A stretch of DNA of 64,000 nt from Mytilus californianus (GCF_021869535.1 NW_026262668.1:58962001-59026000), one strand, 5' to 3'. Counted from the first letter of the stretch, positions 25,374 through 38,444 are shown. A program made the numbers and translations. The notes: generated by a model from the sequence alone, not told the origin.

Positions 25374-28300
25374 TTATAATTTCGTAAGTTGATAGTCATC
25401 ACATGCAAGCTCTTCAATATTGGACGCATGGTTTGTTACGCCGTCCTTAATCTTTTCGTTGCATCCCCCTGAAGCTGCGTCTATTACCGACTTCTCGTCA
25501 GATTGAATTTTCTTTCCATCAGCCCGTTTACTGTAACATCCTTCGGACATCCAACGAAGGCAAACTTTTGTGGAGAAAATACGATCGTACAGTAAAGCAC
25601 CGGCGGTAGCTCCGACTAGATCTCCTATCCAATAAAGCTGTAGAATAAAAAAAAAATAGTGAGCCATTCCGATAGTATACAAATTTAGTACAAGAAAAAT
25701 ATAATTGAGTTTAAAACTATATTTATATTAGAGAGACAGCGATACTTTTCTTTATGAATTGAAAATTTTAAAATGCTAAGTAAATTAACATTAAATACAA
25801 AAAAGATACTTTTTCAACTGTATAAATTTTGTCAGAAACCTGTTAGATTTTACACTTTGTTTCAAGTAACTTCCAAATTCTTGGAATATGTGATCGCTGA
25901 TAATAATAAACAAAAAAGATCATTTATTTACAGAATTTATCAAAGATATGAGCAGTACACCAAACCAAACCAGACAATTCAGGTGAAATATATAATAGTT
26001 TGTTTACTGTGATCGTAAAACCATCGCACCAACGTTGCTGACTTCCTAATCTGTATACTAGATTTGAACATTGGTAAACTACTGTCGCCTTTATTTGTTA
26101 CATGCACACAGTTTTAAAGAAGTTAAACGTGCGCACAAACCTTCCTCTTTCCTAACGTAGACCATATGTCGTTATAATAAATTTAAACACAATTAAATCC
26201 GGCACAGTCTAATTACCAACAAGATAATCATCTTACTTGAACAAGAAAATAAAAGGCGGCACATAATTTAGAAAGCAGGACAAGCACGTGCATGTCAATT
26301 TATTGTTACAATTCAATATAAAAATATTGTGTTAATACAACGATTTAAAAGTTATGTCTGTTCAGGTTTGAACTAAAAATTAATAGATTTTTTTTTTACT
26401 AAATCTATCTACTATTTTTAGAACAAGTATTATATAAGGTTGTCTCGATTTTTTCATTATGTATGTTTGTGTTCTTCAATTTCTTCGCATTGAAAGTTTA
26501 TTCCCGAATAAGGTCCGTTTAAATTTGCCTCATGGTTTAAGTTTCAAAAGTTGTGATTTGAGTGAAGATCAGACGAATCTGATGGTTGTATATTTTGAGC
26601 TTCGAAATCTAGCTTCACTAAATGGTCCTGAGACGTTAACAGTCAGTCGAAAATACATATAGGTTTGTGCTCCTGAGATGTGTACAGTCAAACGAAAATA
26701 CAAAGAGGTTTGTACATGTACAGTCAGTAGAAAATACAAAGAGGTGTATGCTACTGAAACGTATACACTCAATAGAAAATACAAAGAGGTTTGTGCTACT
26801 GAGACGTATACAGTCAGTAGAAAATACAAAGAAATGTGTACTCTTGAGACGTATACAGTCAGTAGAAAATACAAAGAAATGTGTGCTCCTGAGAAGTATA
26901 CAGTCAGTAGAAAATACAAAGAAATGTGTGCTCCTGAGACGTATACAGTCAGTAGAAAATACAAAGAAATGTGTGCTCCTAAGACGTATACAGTCTGTAG
27001 AAAATACAAAGAAATGTGTGCTCCTGAGACGTATACAGTCAGTAGAAAATACAAAGAAATGTGTGCTCTTGAGACGTATACAGTCAGTAGAAAATACAAA
27101 GAGGTTTGTGCTCCTAAGGCGTATACAGTTAGTAGAAAATACAAAAAAAAGTTTGTACTCCTGAGACTTATACAGTCAATAGAAAATACAAAGAGGTTTG
27201 TGCTACTGAGACGTATACAGTCAGTAGAAAATACAAAGAGGTTTGTGCTCCTGAGACGTATACAGTCTGTAGAAAATACAAAGAGGTTTGTGCTCTTGAG
27301 ACTTATACAGTCTGTAGAAAATACAAAGAAGTTTGTGCTCTTGAGACGTATACAGTCAGTCGAAAATACATATAGGTTTGTGCTCCTGAGATGTGTACAG
27401 TCAAACGAAAATACAAAGAGGTTTGTACATGTACAGTCAGTAGAAAATACAAAGAGGTGTATGCTACTGAAAGGTATACACTCAATAGAAAATACAAAGA
27501 GGTTTGTGCTACTGAGACGTATACAGTCAGTAGAAAATACAAAGAAATGTGTACTCTTGAGACGTATACAGTCAGTAGAAAATACAAAGAAATGTGTGCT
27601 CCTGAGAAGTATACAGTCAGTAGAAAATACAAAGAAATGTGTGCTCCTGAGACGTATACAGTCAGTAGAAAATACAAAGAAATGTGTGCTCCTAAGACGT
27701 ATACAGTCTGTAGAAAATACAAAGAAATGTGTGCTCCTGAGACGTATACAGTCAGTAGAAAATACAAAGAAATGTGTGCTCTTGAGACGTATACAGTCAG
27801 TAGAAAATACAAAGAGGTTTGTGCTCCTAAGGCGTATACAGTTAGTAGAAAATACAAAAAAAAGTTTGTACTCCTGAGACTTATACAGTCAATAGAAAAT
27901 ACAAAGAGGTTTGTGCTACTGAGACGTATACAGTCAGTAGAAAATACAAAGAGGTTTGTGCTCCTGAGACGTATACAGTCTGTAGAAAATACAAAGAGGT
28001 TTGTGCTCTTGAGACTTATACAGTCTGTAGAAAATACAAAGAAGTTTGTGCTCTTGAGACTTATACAGTCTGTAGAAAATACAAAGAAGTTTGTGCTCTT
28101 GAGACGTATACAGTAAGTAGAAAAATGAATTGAGGTGTGTAAATTAAAAATATTCTCTCGTATTATTTTTTTCACTATATCCTAAAGTCTGTTATTCACA
28201 TCTTTTGCCATATTTAGAAGCATTATTATAATTTTTCTTCATCATAATTATTTAGCGAAACATATTCTTGCGGAGAACGTATTGAACATTGAGGAATGTT

Positions 28301-31300
28301 TCAAAATGTGCAAGGGTGATAGTTTTTATCGCAAGTTTTACCAGTGTAGTAGATGTTTGAATTATTTGAGACAGCTACATCATTACAATTAGTGTTTTTC
28401 TCCTAAACAAGTTTAACGACCGTCAATACGATAAACGTACTAAGTTGAAGTGCACCAATATCCTCGAAAAATTGTGTTAAATCCTTACATGTATACTCAA
28501 CCCAAACATTTGTTATTTTTCTTTCAAGTTCAAATTTGATTGCAACCCAAGGATTCCGAACATGTGTACCGCCCATGAAAAGTGAAATCGACATATTGTT
28601 TATACAGGTTACGAAAGCAGTTACTACAACACGGTTAATCGAAGCGTAAACAAAGGAAAAAAAAATCAAACGGTCCAATCACATTCAAGTATTTGTAAAT
28701 ATGCAAATCATATCAAAACTATCTAGCTATAACGGGTATAGGGATTTTTAGGAAGAAAGATAACGAGTATAGCAGGGTTAAACATGATTGTTTTTAAGCG
28801 ATTCCATGTTAACTTGTTAACTACGTATAGTCATTTTTACTTTTGTTATTATTGTATGTGGGTTTTTTGCTTCGCATTGAGTTTTAAATTTTGAAATAAG
28901 GTTAAAAGTCCGGTGTACCCTGTCTGTCTAATATGTACACCTTTCAACTATCATATATACCAAATACGGCTGACCACTTTCTTGTAATAACTAAAAACTA
29001 AAAAAATATTTTGCCCCCCCCCCCCCCCCCCCCCCAAAAATGACTACTAGTGCAAATGTATATGGTTTTTAAATGGGTTATTGAACCAGGGAAATAAGGT
29101 CAATGTGTTAATATCATTTGCCAGACGGATACATCAGAACAAAGGACATCTGTATACAATATATAGAGTATTCAGCCCTTTTTCATTTCTGAAATAGAAA
29201 GCATAGTATATAAAACAAATATTTTGCGCCGAACGCCACCATGTCTTTCTATTTCGCATTCGGTGACATCCGGCGAAAGTGAGACACAAACTTTATTTTC
29301 TATGAGACTATGGAGAACAATGACTGTCATTTAATTTGATTACGTCTACTTACCCACATTTTGTCTAACTTCCCTGTCATGATAGCTGGACCTAAATTTC
29401 TAGCCGGGTTCATACAACCTCCAGATATATTCCACTGAAAAAAAGATATCAACAAGGTGTAGGACAAGATGATGTTTTGAATTCCATATTATTCAAGTTT
29501 TTCATTTATAAACTTCCAACAATATTACAAAAAAAGTCAGATTAGCAGTTTGTTTTAATGACAAGAGGATATCATGCCTGCTCTATGCAGATGATCGTTT
29601 TTTGTTTATCAGAAACTTAGACAGAACGGCAATGCAATCTTTATATTTCATATAACTATTGCAATTGGTGCTGTCTAGAAGTAAACTCAAATATAACAAA
29701 AATAATTGTTTTCGTAAAAAAATAGAAGATTTGGGAAGGAAAATACAGACTGTATAAAGCAATATCAATTCTTGGGTCTTATTATTGAAATGCTATGAAA
29801 ATTAAATGAGGCTAGAAAACAGTTTTTAAAAAGAACAAGTTTGAAAGCCTGAATTGAGCTTTAAAGAAACCTGAATTCTTCAAGCTTAAGCACAAATGGA
29901 TTTCTACATTTATTTGATCATTGTATCAACCTATTATCCTTTAAGATTGCGAGAACTGGGTGTTATTGATATTACTCCAAACAGAAAATCATTATCTTTA
30001 TTTAATATATTCAAGGACTTGGAAAAGACTCAACTTCAAATTTTGTAAATATATACTTGGGGTCTCTAAACTATGCACTAACATAGGAGTTATAACAGAA
30101 ATTTGAAGATATCCTCTTTACATAGTTATGTGGAAACTAGTCTTCATGTATTGGCACATAGTAGAAAATTCATCAACAAACTTGTTGAATAATACATACG
30201 AGGAATATGTTATTTTGCATGTAAGCATAAACAAGGGCCATTACTCCTAGTAATTAAACATTGATCTGGCTAATTGTAATTGTAAACCTAACGATTTGTT
30301 TACGAGTTCCATAGCATAAGTCGATAATTGACGAAGGGTTAAGTACCGTAACCTTACACATTAATATACTGTAATAGCATTGTACTAAAACAAATATTAA
30401 GACAACTCTCCGTCAAACATTTTTGTGTGTACGAAACGCCGTATGTTACGTAAGTTTCCAACCCCGAATTTTGGGACAGTGTCGCGCTTTCTGCACGAAT
30501 AAATTTAATATAAAATTGAGAATGGAAATGGGGAATGTGTCAAAGAGACAACAACCCGACCATAGATACTCTACACAATGATTCGTAAGTTGTATCTAGC
30601 AAGGCAAAACGTCTAACTCTATTTAACATGATCTAATTTTCACGTACATTCTAAATTACGATGACGGTCCAAAATCACGTGAAAATCGCCTTTCTTAGGA
30701 AGACTGGAAACACACCTTTTCTTGATCTCCATAGGCATGCTTCGTGAAACAAAGGGCGCACAATTTTATAACGCAAGAATTCAATTACTTAAAGGAAATG
30801 ATTCAACATTTGAAATTTTTAAAATTCTTCTTCTCTTATTTAAAAATACAATGTTTTCCATAACACAGTATAGTTCGGTGTGAGCCGATGCTCCGTGTTG
30901 AAGGCCGTACCTTGACCTATAATGGTTTACTTTTATAAATTGTTACTTGGATGGAGAGTTGTCTCATTGGCACTCCTACCACATCTTCCTATATCTATAT
31001 AGTAACAATTAATCCTGTGTTCGCCTTAAAATGATACCTTGACTGAAATAATATTGATCGAAAAGCATTTCGTCGTGTGAATCTTATAGTGTTATATGTC
31101 CGTTTTTGATAAAAATGGAGATATCTATATTTTTGATATCCAAGTGCAATGGTCTATCTCCCTATACAACTATAATACAAGATTTCTACACCCTACACGT
31201 TTTTGTCAGAACTACATTGTTCTATCTCCACATTCCCATTTGCTTATTCATCAAGTTAGTTCAGATAAAAATATTTTTATAGTGTTGTATCTCCACTATT

Positions 31301-34300
31301 TTTCGGGTATTTTTGCTGTAAAATAATTATCAACATCATCTGAGTAGTACTATGCTTAGATTGTTTGCGTGGTTAAAACTCAATCTATGAGCAAATTCTT
31401 AGCAAATTCAGCAGTCCAAAATTGGGATTATTACACAGTTAAAAAATCCATGGTATATCTCCTGTAGAAATATAGGGATAAATTTCTAAAACAACATTGT
31501 TTGTAATGAAATGTTCTATCTCCAGTAAAGGGAAAGTTTTATTTATCGAAGTTGCTTGTCTATTTAAAAAACAATCGAACAAAAAGTTACTCTTCATGTA
31601 CGTAAATTCAATTCCTATATATCTTTTTTATGCCTCAGTCAAATATTTAAGATATTGCCCTTTTAAACTTTAATTTAAATTCTTACCACTATTACCCAAT
31701 GGGAAATGCATAATTATTGGATTCACACGACGATTTGTAAAACTGTCACGACTAACATTATTTCATCTTCTTAACAAGTTAGTGGTACATGACGTGTATT
31801 ATACACTTACATACATGTAGCTACCTTCTTCCTTGTATAGTCATTAAGATAGACAAGATTTAAAACAACATGTCATTATAAACTCTAAACATGGAGATTT
31901 CAAATATTTAAGTTCTACCTAGTTGGATACACATATAGGTACAAATTACGTTCAATACATTGCATTACACTCTCACTATCGAATGTAAAGTATTTCGTCC
32001 TTTCTTTTTGTTCAACTAATCAAGATTAATTTTTTTCAATAGAGACAAGAAGAATGACATACTTTTTTTAAAACAAATGATGACCTCTGTGTCTAAAAAT
32101 GTATGATACTATCCAGTATCAGGTATACGTCAACACACCAGCAAAGTAAATTAAAATATATGATATAGGGGTAATATAAATGCGACGTGAAAATGGTGCC
32201 CCAATCCATCAGCTTTGAACAGTTCACGAATATGATTAAACAGAGATTTAACATTTCAAATGTGAACACATAATAAACAGATACGTCGATCATCTCTGGC
32301 ATGGGAATCAATACTAAGTCAGGACAGGTACAAGACAATGTCAGGACAGGTACAAGACAATGTCAGGACAGGTACAAAACAATGTCAGGACAGGTACAAG
32401 ACAATGTCTAGTAATTCATATACTTTAAAGTATTTTCATCCCCTTATTAAGTTGTCTTTTTTGTAAATGTTACTCCACCACAACTTGGTTGACTGTAGTA
32501 GAATACATGTACCATAAAATGTCACCGATATGTAAGTTTTATTTTTAGTTATCGCAATCCCCCTTTTCTCTTCTGAGCTATGTTTGGATTTTTCCATATT
32601 TAGAATCAAACGTTTGCAAAGGAAAATTCATGACGTAACTTTTGGCTTTTAAAATCGAAAATGATAAACTAATTAATGAAACCTTCAGATGTTCTTCAGA
32701 CAACTCTCTGCCAGATATCAATAATGATTTATGTATAGGGTGTTCTTAATATTAGCGTAGGGCTTCAAACTTCTTCTACTTAAAGCGAATCAACGAAAAA
32801 CTATCAAAATTACCTAATTTTAGTGTGTTTGTTTCCCGTCCATTTGCAAATATTTCATGTACATTGAAGTCGGATACAAATTAAACAATAATTCCTTTTA
32901 AAGGTTTTTAAAATGGGTCGATCTGGTTGAAGGGCGGGTTTGACTGCTGGTGGAAAAAAATGGATTTTACCACTATACAAGTCATTGTGGAAAAGGAGAA
33001 TATGTCGGGAAGCTACAGAAACTTTTCCTTGCAAAAGGTAACTTACGGACACCCGAACCGTCTATTACAAGGGTTCTTTTGTGTGCAGAGAGCGTGACAC
33101 TCTCCTTAAACCGGACGTTGCTGCGTATTTATGCTCTCACATATACTAACAGACTACCACTCACATGGGTCTTACTTCCGAACGGGATCGACCCACGTGA
33201 CCAGATTTCCATACCCAAGTTAACCCTTTGGGCAACCTTATCATTTTTGAGATATTCACAATATCATTAACATCCGAACAACTGTAACAATTCTAACCAA
33301 AAAGGTATTGCCACAATCTGTCTTCAACAAAGCAGTTGATGGGTGTTATTTTCTGAGGTAAGTCCGTTGCTTATATTTTAGCTGTATATATTAACTTCAA
33401 TAATTTTTTTTCTAATATATTGGCAAGTATATAATGACTTCATTTTTTCGAAGTAGAACCTACTCCCGAGTTCATTAGCCTTCCATGATTGTAATTGGGG
33501 TTCATATTACTCAATCAAAATCCACTTTTTAATGAAATTCATGTTACTCTGTTTTATTCCTTTGTGTGTCAAGGTTAAATTTCTTATGGGTATCCTCTTT
33601 TCTTATATATTTTTCCCAATTCTTTTGAGACGACTTTGGTTTAACAGATATCATGTTCTTGTTTTGACATCGTCATTTCTACCTTGTATACGATAGTATA
33701 TATTTGAACTGCTATTCAAATTAAAAAAGCATTGCTACATGTAAAAAAAAGTCAGACAAGGAATGAACAATGTGAATACCTACCCCACATAACACGTTAA
33801 TCGACACAAGTAGACCAATCATCAATGGAGCGAACCCATGTACATCATCTCTCCCTTCATCGATCATTGCAAACGTTCCAAAAAGCATCATGAACGTTAT
33901 TATCATCTCACAAACAATGGCTTGTCCGTCACTTATGTGTGGATTTGGGAGAATAACGCCAAAACCTCCACGTATGTGTTCATCTGTGATCGCATAAATA
34001 ATTCCAGCGCCTGATACTGCACCTAATGTTTGACAAATTACGTATAGAACAAATCTTACTGTTGAAATTTGACCGGTGACAAAAAATCCCATTGAAATTG
34101 AAGGATTGACATGCCCACCACTAACCTTACTGAAAATAGTTATTGCCACTGCTATGTAGAAGCCAGTTTCGAGTGCAACATGCACACTAGAAACTGGTTT
34201 AAAGTCCCCGCTAAGTATATTGCATCCAACACCGTAAAATGCTAGCATGAAAACACCAATGAACTCGGCAGCACATGCCCGATACAGGGAAGGCGATTTA

Positions 34301-34362
34301 ATATCTTCTATTTCTCGCCTCAGGTATTCCCGCCAAAATGTGTCCGTTTTATTTTTGGCCAT
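25374..34362 (-). CDS. Aquaporin (MIP family, AQP8-like SGGCMNPAR signature), 3 coding exons, 307 aa
   Basis: Exons 34362-33784 (193 codons; AEFIG, SGGHVNPS), 29434-29354 (WNISGGCMNPARNLGPAIMTGKLDKMW) and 25637-25374 (LYWIGDLVGATAGALLYD...stop). Both introns are phase 0 and GT-AG. Exons 1 and 3 match ORF-track entries 33721..34362 and 25374..25682. Confidence 0.95.
26630..28115. repeat. 45-bp minisatellite array containing a 713-bp higher-order duplication
   Basis: Unit GAGACGTATACAGTCAGTAGAAAATACAAAGA(AAT/GGT)(G/T)TGTGCTCCT. Variant order from ~26640 is repeated 713 bp later (ORF starts 26678 and 27391). It lies in aquaporin intron 2. Confidence 0.95.
29445..30200 (+). mobile_element. Non-LTR (LINE, CR1/L2-like) reverse transcriptase remnant
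   Basis: Degenerate translation QQGVGQDDVLNSILF...NDKRISCLLYADD (TATGCAGATGAT at 29584-29595)...WCLEVN..TKIIVF...QFCKYILG. It is antisense within aquaporin intron 1. Confidence 0.75.
32318..32408. repeat. 22-bp tandem repeat x4
   Basis: GTCAGGACAGGTACAAGACAAT repeated four times with one substitution. Confidence 0.95.
33050..33235 (-). mobile_element. SINE-like fragment
   Basis: CAAGGGTTCTT...GAGAGCGTGACACTCTC...CCGGACGT..CTGCGTA..TA.TTCCGAACGGG resembles a widespread bivalve SINE body I recall. It partly overlaps in sequence with 51442-51720. Confidence 0.5.
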
Positions 34363-35855
34363 CGTAAAATAGAATGTTCAATTATCTTTCATGTATGTAA
34401 TTATAATACATACTTTCATAAACTGGTGAATAGCGTGTCAATTTTACACAATGGAATAAGTTACAATGATAGTCCTTTTATGCAGTACAGATTATAATCA
34501 AAAATTATCTTTCAAATTACTCACAACATATATATCCATTATTGTAACCATAAAATATTATGCGAATATATCATTACTATGAACTAGTATACAATTTTGG
34601 ATATCAATCCAAGCAGAAACGATGTAAAATTCGTTTCGCGACATTTAACACATGTATATGAAATACACAAATCTAAATTTGATGATGTCGCTTCAGTCAT
34701 CCAGTTCCTAAATGAATATCTCGAACACAATGATTCTGGTTGTCACCGACATAGTTTCCGTTATATATTTTTATATTGTTTACATCATATTTTCTTATTA
34801 AAAAACAATATTCCAAACATAAATAAAGTACGTTCAAGAAGCATAACAAGTTTTACAGTTAAATTCGAATTCGCCAAACTCAAGCGAATATAAATTATTT
34901 AATAAATAAAACAACACATGAATAGGATAAGTGTGCCTACAATTAAATATCCTTCATACTAAAATCCTTCACTATACATTCAGGCAAGCACTACTAATCC
35001 CAGCATATAATTTAATACAGTTAATACCCACATTAACAATATTCAACTCTGAAAGGGTTGGTAAACATAATAACGAACTGCTGCTACGTAAACTATAGGC
35101 AAACTTCGAATAACTTTAATTTTTCAAACGAAACCCTTAAGTAATACTTAATCATGCTTTTCATGAATCTCATGAGCTGCATATACCCGTAAAAGGCATT
35201 GCCATCCAATCATAACTAAAATAAACACTAACCATGTGCTAAGTATAAATACAAACACGTGTTTAAAGTGAACAATCACTTGACCGTTACCACATCATGT
35301 GACCAATAACTTTAATAAATATATTTATATTCTAATTCGCTAAGTTCAAACGAATATAAATTATTTAATAAATAATACATGTACAACACATGCAAAGGAT
35401 AGGTGTGCCTACAGGTGTAGCAGCCTTTCGAAAGACAAAGAAAGCCAAGCAGATCTGAACAAAAATAATTGATATAAAAATTAAATTCCCAAACATTTAG
35501 AAACTGTCAATTTTTCTTTAATATTTTCTTTGAAATAGCCGTCTTTAGCTTAATCCAGGAACATATATAATGTTAGATATACTGTTCCCATCTTAATCTG
35601 AAGCCCATCTACCATGCTTCTTTCATATTCTATCATGAATGCAAGCTGTTGCAGCCGCAGTAGCTCAACCTGATCTCAGGCTATGTAATCCAAATTTAGA
35701 GTTAGACTTATATAAATAAGCCGATTGATTCCAGAGCTGATAATATAATTTCTCTAACTCTAGTATATGACAAAGGTTTAAGATCATCTAGTTTTTTTTA
35801 CATAAAATACATATACTAGTACCTAAATATATAATCTGAAAATTATACATCTTTA

Positions 35856-36532
35856 TTATACTTCATGTCAAAATGCCAGATTTTGATTGGTTAATACGAG
35901 GGAGACAATTTACTTTATTATACCTTACATATATTTCAAACAATTCTATTGGGTAAAACGTTATCACGTGACATGGAATAATTCAGTTAATTTTCATTCA
36001 ATTGCAAGGAAGAACGAATAACCCTAAAAATTTACACCAGCGTGGAATAACCCTATTATTCACCGGCGAATAACCTTTTTAGTTTGTTGATTTGTACCCA
36101 TGAAAATGACGTCACAGACGTAAATAAACAAAATGGCAACGTTCAAGTTACAGGAAGTCTATTGATCGAGAGAAGAGAAAATAAGGCTTTTGACGTGAAT
36201 CTTGTGCCGATGAAATCTCTAATAACGGTCCTTTTCAGGGCCATCAATATTTTACAAAAAGAATCTACCTTTGTTGTACAAATTATATGTATTTTTGAAC
36301 GTCAACTTGTGTTTGTTACTGACTCAAGTAAGGGTAAGTGCTTTTACAATGATTCAAAATGCCCTTCCACTGTTAGTTCGGTATAATAAAACAATTGTGG
36401 CCCCTTAGAAGCGATGAATATCCAAAATTGTCAAACCTTAAAAGTTATTTCACTTCGGGCTGCGCCCTCAGTGAAATAACATTCTCGTATTGACAATTTT
36501 GGATATTCACCTTTTCAACGGGCCATAATTGT
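35856..36532 (+). mobile_element. Non-autonomous element ending in a 142-bp palindrome, inserted in the Ngaro recombinase gene
   Basis: The body is bounded by TTATAC...GTATAA and followed by a palindrome at 36391-36532 with apex CACT-TC-GGGC-TGC-GCCC-TC-AGTG. Confidence 0.6.
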
Positions 36533-36760
36533 ATGCTATCCCATGGCAAATACTCTATTACCCTTCACGTAGACGCTTGCTCAAGTTTGCGCTTTAATAG
36601 ATATGGATGATTGTTATGGCAAGACGTCATAGTTTATTACTTTGAATTTAAAATTTAATAGACAGTAATAACAGAACATTCGCCTCAGTTGACAATGTTT
36701 TCTCGGGGTAACAATCTGCTCTATCACCCTCTCAGATATGTGATATTTATATAATATTAT

Positions 36761-37290
36761 ACAAATATAGCCTTTGTATGAGGTCGATACAAGGATATAT
36801 TGACCTGAAAGAAGTATATTGACTGAGGACGAAGTCCGAGGTCGATATACTTCTTTGGGTCGATATATCCTGTATCGACCTCATACAAAGGCTATATTTG
36901 TTATATTATTAATTTTCGACCATATTTGTATCAAAATCGACATTTGATTTTGTTGGAATTTTATAGATATTATATTGTCTCCTTGACAATAACAACATAT
37001 TAGTTGTTATTTCATTTACTTTTTTTTTTGTTTGTTTGACATCTTATGTATTTGAAAAAATTTTTGTCAAATAATCGATCACAGATGTCATTTGTTTCAA
37101 AACGTTGAACAATATCCTGAAATTCATTACATGACGTCACAAAGTATATCGGTTTTTAGATATTCTAAAAATAACCGTGCAATATGCTTTTTGCTATCCG
37201 CCGTTTTCTCTCTACCTTCGAAAATATAGTTTAACATGTGACTGTCCTTAAACGAATCAAATTTGTTAAAATATACGAATTAATAATATT
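36761..37290 (-). mobile_element. Non-autonomous element ending in a 141-bp palindrome (opposite orientation)
   Basis: Palindrome at 36761-36901 whose minus-strand apex is GACC-TC-GGAC-TTC-GTCC-TC-AGTC. The body is bounded by ATATTATTAA (~36903) and TTAATAATAT (~37280). Confidence 0.6.
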
Positions 37291-37864
37291 AGATAATAAT
37301 AGATAGTTTGTGTATTAGTTCTAGCAATTAAAACTTGCATGCCTTCTCTATAATGATCAGTTTTGCTTTTCTGTATGAGCAAAGAGTGATGTGTATCAGC
37401 AAATTTTAAATCAGATCTTTTTAAAAATAACCATTTCGGAAAATCTTAGAAACCCTGCATAACTTATAAGACACATACAACAAATTCTAATTTCTATATA
37501 TATATAAATATAAACAAGTCTAAATTGAAAACAACGTTCAAACCTATGATTGCGTTGGATAAAAACCCCAATTTTTATACGTGTGCATGCAAAACAAATT
37601 TCTTGGTAGAGTGGTCTAAATACAGCACAAACAACATTTTCCAAAAGACCAAAAAGGTGAAAAAGTATATTTAAACAAAACGCATTTGACTAGCAGGTCG
37701 AACAACGGATGTTCTTAAACCCTGCTGACTGCCATGACGATTGCCAAATAAATGGATCTCTAGATGTAAAAATGGATCTTAATTTATTAATTAAATACCA
37801 AACAGAAAACAATAAACTTGCGGAAAAGATGGTATACCGCAAACATGAGGTGCAAACATTTGTA

Positions 37865-37906
37865 CACCATATCCGGATTTCGACAATTAATGTCTCTTCA
37901 GTGATG
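37865..37906 (-). ncRNA. Type I hammerhead ribozyme, intact consensus
   Basis: Minus strand CATCA-CTGAAGA-GACA-TTAAT-TGTC-GAAA-T-CCGG-A-TA^TGGTG: CUGANGA and GAAA cores, 4-bp stem II, 1-bp stem III with palindromic CCGG loop, AUA cleavage triplet. Confidence 0.85.
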
Positions 37907-38402
37907 TTAGGAATCGAAACGGTATTTGGAAGGCCATATAATTTACCTCAATTTGTGATTGACACTTGAATTTTGAAGAGTCAAAATAGGATGAACGGAT
38001 CATACAAACCCGAAGGCAAATATAATACAAGCCCAAACGAACAAATATAAACAAGTCAAAATTGAAAATAACGTTCACACCTATGATTGCGTTGGATAAA
38101 AACCCCAATTTTTATACGTGTGCATGCAAAACAAATTTCTTGGTAGAGTGGTCTTGATACAGCACAAACAACATTTTCCAAAAGACCAAAAAAGTGAAAA
38201 AGTATATTTTAACAAAACGCATTTGACTAGCAGGTCGAACAACGGATGTTCTTAAACCCTGCTGACTGCCATGGCGATTGCCAAATAAACGGATCACCAG
38301 ATGTAAAAATGGATCTTAATTTATTAATTAAAATACCAAACAGAAAACAATAAACTTGCAGAAAAGATGGTATACCGCAAACATGAGGTGCAAAAATTTG
38401 TA

Positions 38403-38444
38403 CACCATATCCAGATTTCGACAATTAATGTCTCTTCAGAGATG
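38403..38444 (-). ncRNA. Type I hammerhead ribozyme, slightly mutated
   Basis: Same core as 37865, but stem I has a mismatch next to the core (CATCT) and loop III is CTGG, which is not palindromic. Confidence 0.65.

Noticed and set aside
26630-28115. CRISPR-like array (also considered for 32318-32408)
   Set aside because: Units are contiguous with no unique spacers, the context is eukaryotic, and there are no cas genes.
26569-28175. Long ORFs of 165-399 aa on both strands as real genes
   Set aside because: They are by-products of a stop-poor 45-bp minisatellite inside an aquaporin intron. They overlap in several frames and have no signal or splice support.
28403-28678. 91-aa ORF as the missing middle exon of the aquaporin
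   Set aside because: No MIP similarity. The true exon with NPAR is at 29354-29434.
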